Below are positions 7,745 through 12,622 of a stretch of DNA of 14,949 nt, one piece after another. The stretch covers positions 1-14,949 of the forward strand of contig NZ_JAYKGW010000133.1 in assembly GCF_035285525.1 (NCBI RefSeq). Reading direction: 5' to 3'. Position 1 is the first letter of the stretch, and every line of letters begins with the position of its first letter. A model generated the notes under the pieces. That model did no database searches, was not told where the DNA came from, and saw only the letters and a program-made list of their open reading frames with translations. Both the position numbers and the translations under genes were made by a program. The DNA comes from Okeania sp. Its GTDB lineage: Bacteria; Cyanobacteriota; Cyanobacteriia; Cyanobacteriales; Microcoleaceae.

Positions 7745-9277
7745 TTAGTCTCCAATATCTTTCGCACTAACTCCATAACTAAGTTGAGCTTTTACCACTG
7801 CGGCTCTGGTTTCTGAATTATAAACTCCATTCAATGGACCAAAATACAGCCCTTGTAAACGAAGTCTATTTTGAAGTTTTAATACTTCTGTCTGACTGCC
7901 CAAATAATTAACTTCTTCTCCAGAAGCATTTTGACTAACAAACAAAGGATGTTTTAATGCTTGTAATGTATTTCTTTCAGCTACCCCACTAGGAGAAAAT
8001 CCCATATCTTGCTGAAAACATTTTACGGCAAACTCTGTCCCCGATCCAAATACTCCATCAATGCCTCCTGGATAATAACCCAATTTTGTTAATGAAATCT
8101 GGAGTTGTTTTACAGCCGAACCTCGATCGCCTCGTCGCAAAACAGTTAAGCACGAATATTGCCCAGTCATACAATTGTCTCTAGAATTATATACTGGACT
8201 CAGATGTGCAACTTGATGAGAATTAAACAGAAAAGCTTGAGTTGTTGGTCCGACTATACCTGTAGGAGTAATTCTATTTCTATTTTGAAAATCAATTACT
8301 GCTGTTTCTGTTCTTTGGTCAAAATAGTTACTTATTTGCCCCTGATAATAACCTAAATATTGTAGACGTTGTTGTAATCTCCCAATTTCTGGACCTATAT
8401 TTCCACGTTGCAGAAATACTCTCTTCTGATGATACCTATCATTAAATAGAAAATCTCTAGTAGTAGCTCCTAACTGACCTGTAGGTGTAATTCTATGAAC
8501 AGTTTGAAATTTGATGACCGCAGTTTTAGTATTTTGGTCATAAATACTATTGATTGAACCTGTGTAAAAGCCTAATTTTTTTAACTGTCTTTGAATAACT
8601 GCTACTTCAGGGCTAATATCTCCCAAAGATAATACTTTTGCAGCATACTTCTGTGATAATCTATGACCATGACTTGTTCCTTTCCTGACAAATAGTAAGG
8701 ACCAGGTAGTAGGGTCAATTTGACCTGTAGGTGTAATACCATTATCTTGCTGGAAATCTCTGACAGCTCTTTCGGTTATTGGGCCGTAATAGCTAGTTAA
8801 GTTAGCAGTGAAATACCTCAGATCTCTAAGTTTTCTTTGCACTGCTGCTACTGTTGTTGATGAATCTCCACGTCTTAAATAGACTGCACTATCAGGAGAA
8901 AGAATTGACTGATTTTCTGGTCTAGAGTTAGAAACAAAAGAGTTTGTTCTTAGTGGGACTGGAGCTATTCTATTCTCTTGAGTATGAGTCAAATTAAAAT
9001 TATTTGTTTCAGGAGGAGAGATATTTGATACCTGAGCCAAAGTAGTATTAATCAGAATAGAATTAATAGTTATTAATGATAAAAAGTTTATATAAGTGAA
9101 GCTAGAAAGTTTTTTCCAATTAAGTCCTTTAATAAGTTGGAAATCCTTAATTTCTTCACTCACAAGAAAAAGTTCTAAGTATGCAAGAGATTCCATAAAT
9201 TTTCTGGGAAGGTTCTTGTTTTTGGCATTAGTGAATTTAGCTATAATTTGTGACAGAAAAAAAATCTTACAACCCAT
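7745..9277 (-). CDS. Secreted or membrane-anchored protein with five tandem peptidoglycan-binding (PG_binding_1-type) repeats
   Basis: Five repeats of the pattern L.RGD.G..V..LQ..L..LGYY.G.IDG.FG..T..AV..FQ...G..PTG..G..T. Hydrophobic N-terminal segment (FTYINFLSLITINSILINTTLA). The start could instead be the Met at 9196 (MESLAYLE...). Confidence 0.85.
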   Translation of the reverse strand: MGCKIFFLSQIIAKFTNAKNKNLPRKFMESLAYLELFLVSEEIKDFQLIKGLNWKKLSSFTYINFLSLITINSILINTTLAQVSNISPPETNNFNLTHTQENRIAPVPLRTNSFVSNSRPENQSILSPDSAVYLRRGDSSTTVAAVQRKLRDLRYFTANLTSYYGPITERAVRDFQQDNGITPTGQIDPTTWSLLFVRKGTSHGHRLSQKYAAKVLSLGDISPEVAVIQRQLKKLGFYTGSINSIYDQNTKTAVIKFQTVHRITPTGQLGATTRDFLFNDRYHQKRVFLQRGNIGPEIGRLQQRLQYLGYYQGQISNYFDQRTETAVIDFQNRNRITPTGIVGPTTQAFLFNSHQVAHLSPVYNSRDNCMTGQYSCLTVLRRGDRGSAVKQLQISLTKLGYYPGGIDGVFGSGTEFAVKCFQQDMGFSPSGVAERNTLQALKHPLFVSQNASGEEVNYLGSQTEVLKLQNRLRLQGLYFGPLNGVYNSETRAAVVKAQLSYGVSAKDIGD

Positions 9278-9412
9278 TCAAGATTGCTATATCTTAATTC
9301 ATAGTTTGATTGACCAAAGCTTATTTTTTATATTAACAAGCTAAATTTAATTTAGTAATTTTCATATGATATCAAATCTGCTGGCTTTGAAGAAGGAAAT
9401 TTTACCATAATA

Positions 9413-9563
9413 CTGTAGGGGCGGGTTTAAACAGAGACTTCCCTACTAACCCTTAAATTTAGCTAAACCCGCCCTCATCCCAGGTGTTAGCTGTGCCAGT
9501 CTAAACAGAGACTTCCCTACTAACCCTGAGATTTAGCTAAACCCGCCCTCATCCCAGGTGTTA
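9413..9563. repeat. Palindromic GGGCGGGTTTA...TAAACCCGCCC element with an internal 62-nt unit duplicated in tandem (9428-9489 and 9502-9563, 60/62 identical)
   Basis: Direct comparison. The TAGCTAAACCCGCCCTCATCCCAGGTGTTAGCTGT part is the reverse complement of the family found at 7370 and 7615. Confidence 0.9.
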
Positions 9564-9850
9564 TACCTATTCTCAAAAACTTTGCTATACTTGGGTTTTC
9601 TATTTCTAAATACTATTTATTGACGTAATTGTATTGTTAACTAGCTTTTGTGGTTTTTCTAGTTATTTTTACCACCTTCCAAGTATAGCATTTCTCACAA
9701 GTAATGCTATTAGCTGTGCCAGTCCACTGCGTTATCTCAAATCTGCTGGCTAGGGCTAGGGTTTGGAAACCAAACCCCTACTGTTTTAAATTGTAACGAT
9801 ACTACCGGATTTGAGATGATTTTCTGATCTAACATAAACCTTAACTTAAT

Positions 9851-10576
9851 TTATAAAGTTGGGAGGTTATTACCTTGGCTATTCTTATTTTCTAGTTTTT
9901 TTGGAACTTGGAAAATTTGATTTACCCCTTTACTAATTTCTTCAATATCATTATTAAAATAGATAGCTTTAATATCTCCTGGCAAATTAGTATTTAGATT
10001 ATGATATCCTTGCTGTAATAAAGATTTTACCTCTTGGTGTGAAATAGTTTCTCCCTCAGCTTGGAGATAAGCTGCTATTCTGGTTTCACTCCAATGAAAA
10101 GTCTGAAACATTAACAAAGTTAACCGCAGTAGAGGAGCTAACCGATCTAATACTTGCCTAACATAACACCATAAAGGTGGTGGGGCTATTTCTAAAGAAT
10201 AACGAATTGACTCCACAGGAGGCATTTCTTCTTGGTTAATACGAATAGCTGTAATATTTATTAACCAATTCTGGAGAGTATTATTTCCATTTTCTGAGTC
10301 CGCTCCTTCTCGTAAATCTAAACCCCGCAGTTCATAGAATATATGTTGCCAAGTTTGGGCAAATAGATAATCTGCTTGAACAGGCGATCGCACAGAATGT
10401 TGGATTAAAGTTTGAACTATCATACCATAGCGACAGAAAATTGTGACGAAGTATTTCCCTTGGTCTGGATAGTTTTGAAATAAGGTTAATAGTTCTTGGT
10501 CACTATGATGAAAGAGTGATTTAACCATAGGGTGGTTAGATTCAGGAAATTTGTAAGTAGGTTGTGTTTTTAACAT
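9851..10576 (-). CDS. ECF-like (group 4) sigma-70 family RNA polymerase sigma factor
   Basis: Region 2-like: DQELLTLFQ....YFVTIFCRYGMIV......VQADYLFAQTWQHIFYEL and NWLINITAIRINQ. Region 4-like: LRLTLLMFQTFHWSETRIAAYLQAEGETISHQEVKSLLQQGYHNL. Assigned by pattern only. Confidence 0.6.
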   Translation of the reverse strand: MLKTQPTYKFPESNHPMVKSLFHHSDQELLTLFQNYPDQGKYFVTIFCRYGMIVQTLIQHSVRSPVQADYLFAQTWQHIFYELRGLDLREGADSENGNNTLQNWLINITAIRINQEEMPPVESIRYSLEIAPPPLWCYVRQVLDRLAPLLRLTLLMFQTFHWSETRIAAYLQAEGETISHQEVKSLLQQGYHNLNTNLPGDIKAIYFNNDIEEISKGVNQIFQVPKKLENKNSQGNNLPTL

Positions 10577-10730
10577 AAAGTTGGAAATATTAGATTAATG
10601 TTAATGTTTAAAAATCACTATTAATTTAAAATATATAGAACTTACCCAGAAACAAGGTTATATTTTGGTAGGATTATTCAAAATCCATGTTACAAAAATA
10701 ACTTCTGACTTGATTAAAGGTATTATGGTT

Positions 10731-10838
10731 ATGAGTGAAATATTAACACCTGATTTAGTAGCCCAAGTTCTGACTGTATTGGGTTCCATAGGTTTTGTCT
10801 TACTGGCAATCCAAGCATTAAGAGCATTAAAGCAATAG
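10731..10838 (+). CDS. Candidate 35-aa single-pass membrane micro-protein (MSEILTPDLVAQVLTVLGSIGFVLLAIQALRALKQ)
   Basis: ATG at 10731 (alternative ATG at 10725), TAG at 10836-10838. One hydrophobic helix followed by a basic tail. Below the ORF-track cutoff. No match to the photosystem or cytochrome b6f small subunits I can recall. Confidence 0.25.
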   Translation: MSEILTPDLVAQVLTVLGSIGFVLLAIQALRALKQ

Positions 10839-10989
10839 CTAAAATCAGAAATTTGTTCTTTGTAATGCAGGCATCTTGCCTGCTACTATTGTAACTCAAT
10901 GAAATAAGATTTCCTGTCTTATGAGACTTAGAACTTACCAACCAGTGCAACAATAGTATTAATTCTGAATAGATAAGATTAGCAAGTTA

Positions 10990-11514
10990 ATGGACATTAT
11001 TGAATTTTTTAAATTAAGTGCAGGTGAATGGTTTTCCCAACGGACGGTTCATAATTTGGTCTCTGGGGATTTGCAAGCAGGTAAATCAGAGGTGAATGTT
11101 GAGGTATTGGGAAAAACTGACCCTATATTAATTAAGTTATGTGAACAAAATCAAGTTGATTCCAGTGTAACAGAGTTAATAGGAATCAAGATTTCTTGGA
11201 ATGGTACAATTAACAAAGAAAAAGTTAAAGATACCGGTTCAACAATACTGATAGTTATTCCTAATTCTGACGACCCCAAGCAAGGTAAATTATTGCCAGA
11301 TCGAGGTGATGGTAACAGCCCAAAAATTAGTGGTCGCTACATTATGGGAAGTGATGATGTTCTTACTTTGATTACAGAGTCAGAAGGTTTATATGCAGAG
11401 GAGCGTTTCTGGTATTTAATACCTAATCTGCGGTTACGCACCAGTGTTATTAAAAAGTCTAATGGTTTTACTTTAGCTTCTTTTTGCTCAGAAATTAGGC
11501 GAGTTAAAAGTTAG
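10990..11514 (+). CDS. cpcS: Phycobiliprotein (phycocyanobilin) lyase, CpcS/CpeS (S/U-type) family
   Basis: N-terminal MDIIEFFKLSAGEWFSQRT and C-terminal EERFWYLIPNLRLRTSV...FCSEIRR are hallmark CpcS/CpeS motifs. Length 174 aa. Confidence 0.85.
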   Translation: MDIIEFFKLSAGEWFSQRTVHNLVSGDLQAGKSEVNVEVLGKTDPILIKLCEQNQVDSSVTELIGIKISWNGTINKEKVKDTGSTILIVIPNSDDPKQGKLLPDRGDGNSPKISGRYIMGSDDVLTLITESEGLYAEERFWYLIPNLRLRTSVIKKSNGFTLASFCSEIRRVKS

Positions 11515-11560
11515 CAAATGGTTTGATAGTGGGAGCATATTGGTCCTGACTACAAGGACA

Positions 11561-11636
11561 GAAGAAACCGAGTTTATGGGTTAAATCTGGTTACAAACCC
11601 GGTTTCTTGAAGAAACCGGGTTTATGGGTTAAATTT
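11561..11636. repeat. Repeat cluster between convergent genes: direct repeat GAAGAAACCGRGTTTATGGGTTAAATYT (11561-11588, 11609-11636) around a 12-bp hairpin; possible bidirectional terminator
   Basis: AAACCCGGTTTC (11595-11606) pairs perfectly with GAAACCGGGTTT (11612-11623) around the loop TTGAA. There is no U-tract on either strand, so a terminator role is only inferred from position. Confidence 0.7.
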
Positions 11637-11645
11637 CCACACTTC

Positions 11646-12230
11646 CTACTCCTGATTTTCTGAAAGCTTTGTTTGTTTTTTGGGTTTTAGTTGATTATCG
11701 TGCGATCGCAAATCTTGACTATTTTTCACAACTTCTTTAAGTTTAGTATAAAAATTAGTGTATTTTATATTATATTGATCTGGTTTTACTGGACTTGGCT
11801 GCGGTGACAAATTTTGAGCTTTATTTTTCAAGTCTGGTTGAAATGGATTTAAAGGTAAAGAAACAAATTCAGAATGCTCTGGGGATTTTTCTGCTAAAAA
11901 ACTAGATTGTATTGTTGTTGATAAAGAATCAGTCTCTACCTGATTTGTCATATTTATTAGAACATTTCTAGTAATAATATTTTGAAATTCAGAATTGAAA
12001 TGATAAATAGGCTGACCACGACGTTTCCAGGATGTTAATATCTGTTGGACAGAGATAGCTTTATACCGCCCCAAATATAATGCCTCAATAACTGCTAAAG
12101 AAAGCCACTCCACTTGATAGTTGTTTTGCCAACGAATAACAAGCTCCTCGGATGTTTCATACCCAAGGTCAAAATCATACTTTGTTAACAAAGCCTCTGC
12201 TAAAGCAGATATAGATAAAGGTTCGGCCAT
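11646..12230 (-). CDS. Conserved hypothetical protein (194 aa from MAEPLSISALAE...)
   Basis: Long ORF with a structured N-terminal half (W..N....WLSLAVIEALYLGRYKAISVQQILTSWKRRGQPIYHFNSEF) and a low-complexity C-terminal half. I prefer the ATG at 12230, because the 23 upstream codons of the 217-aa track ORF lie inside a duplicated repeat. Confidence 0.6.
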   Translation of the reverse strand: MAEPLSISALAEALLTKYDFDLGYETSEELVIRWQNNYQVEWLSLAVIEALYLGRYKAISVQQILTSWKRRGQPIYHFNSEFQNIITRNVLINMTNQVETDSLSTTIQSSFLAEKSPEHSEFVSLPLNPFQPDLKNKAQNLSPQPSPVKPDQYNIKYTNFYTKLKEVVKNSQDLRSHDNQLKPKKQTKLSENQE

Positions 12231-12453
12231 TTCAGTTAAAAGAGGGAACAGGGAAGACTTAACTGGGAAGAGTCTTATCCAGAAACCGGGTTTCTTCAAG
12301 AAACCGGGTTTCTAGGTCTCTTGTTATCAGTTATCAGCTTTTTCAGTTAAAAGAGGGAACAGGGAACACTTAACTGAGAAGAGTCCGATCCAAAAACCCG
12401 GTTTCTTGAAGAAACCGGGTTTCTAGGTCTCTTCTTATCAGTTATCAGCTTTT
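12231..12453. repeat. Tandem duplication of a ~111-bp unit (12231-12341 and 12342-12453)
   Basis: Both units start TTCAGTTAAAAGAGGGAACAGGGAA and end CTTATCAGTTATCAGCTTT. Each contains a double AGAAACCGGGTTTCT palindrome. Unit 1 starts exactly one base upstream of the ATG at 12230. Confidence 0.95.
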
Positions 12454-12566
12454 TGGTATAACTGACACCCTGTAGGGGTTTGGTCTCCAATTTATCGGGA
12501 ACCATTTTTTTCTCTAAGGTTATAACCTTTACCAGTAAACACTTTGATATTTCATCAGCCAGCCCT

Positions 12567-12622
12567 AATTATTAATTATTAATTATTAATTATTAATTAT
12601 CAATTATCAATTATCCATTATT
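12567..12622. repeat. Tandem heptamer array, 8 units (AATTATT x4, AATTATC x3, CATTATT)
   Basis: Counted directly. Same unit and same orientation as the array at 707-804. The last unit contains the stop codon (12618-12620) of the LptD-like gene. Confidence 0.95.

Noticed and set aside
8159-9344. Plus-strand ORFs 8159-8356 and 9096-9344
   Set aside because: They are antisense to the PG-binding repeat gene, hydrophobic or AT-codon rich, and typical of shadow frames in AT-rich DNA.
7263-9850. Active transposon or IS element around the PG-binding gene
   Set aside because: The repeats are short (60-115 bp) and non-coding, and no transposase ORF is present in any frame. They are treated as MITE-like or palindromic repeat families only.
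10729-10953. Minus-strand 74-aa ORF
   Set aside because: It has no motifs or SD and an odd composition. It overlaps the more protein-like 35-aa plus-strand micro-ORF and an intergenic hairpin (GCAGGCA-aga-TGCCTGC, about 10868-10884). It is probably non-coding.
12231-12299. N-terminal 23 codons (MKKPGFWIRLFPVKSSLFPLLTE) of the 217-aa track ORF
   Set aside because: This segment is encoded entirely by unit 1 of the 111-bp tandem repeat and its AGAAACCGGGTTTCT palindromes. The ATG at 12230 gives a more plausible N-terminus.
707-12622. CRISPR array interpretation of the tandem repeats
   Set aside because: The units are 7 nt with no spacers, or 62-112 nt present in only two copies. Nothing shows the 28-37 nt repeat / 30-40 nt spacer periodicity, and no cas genes are present.
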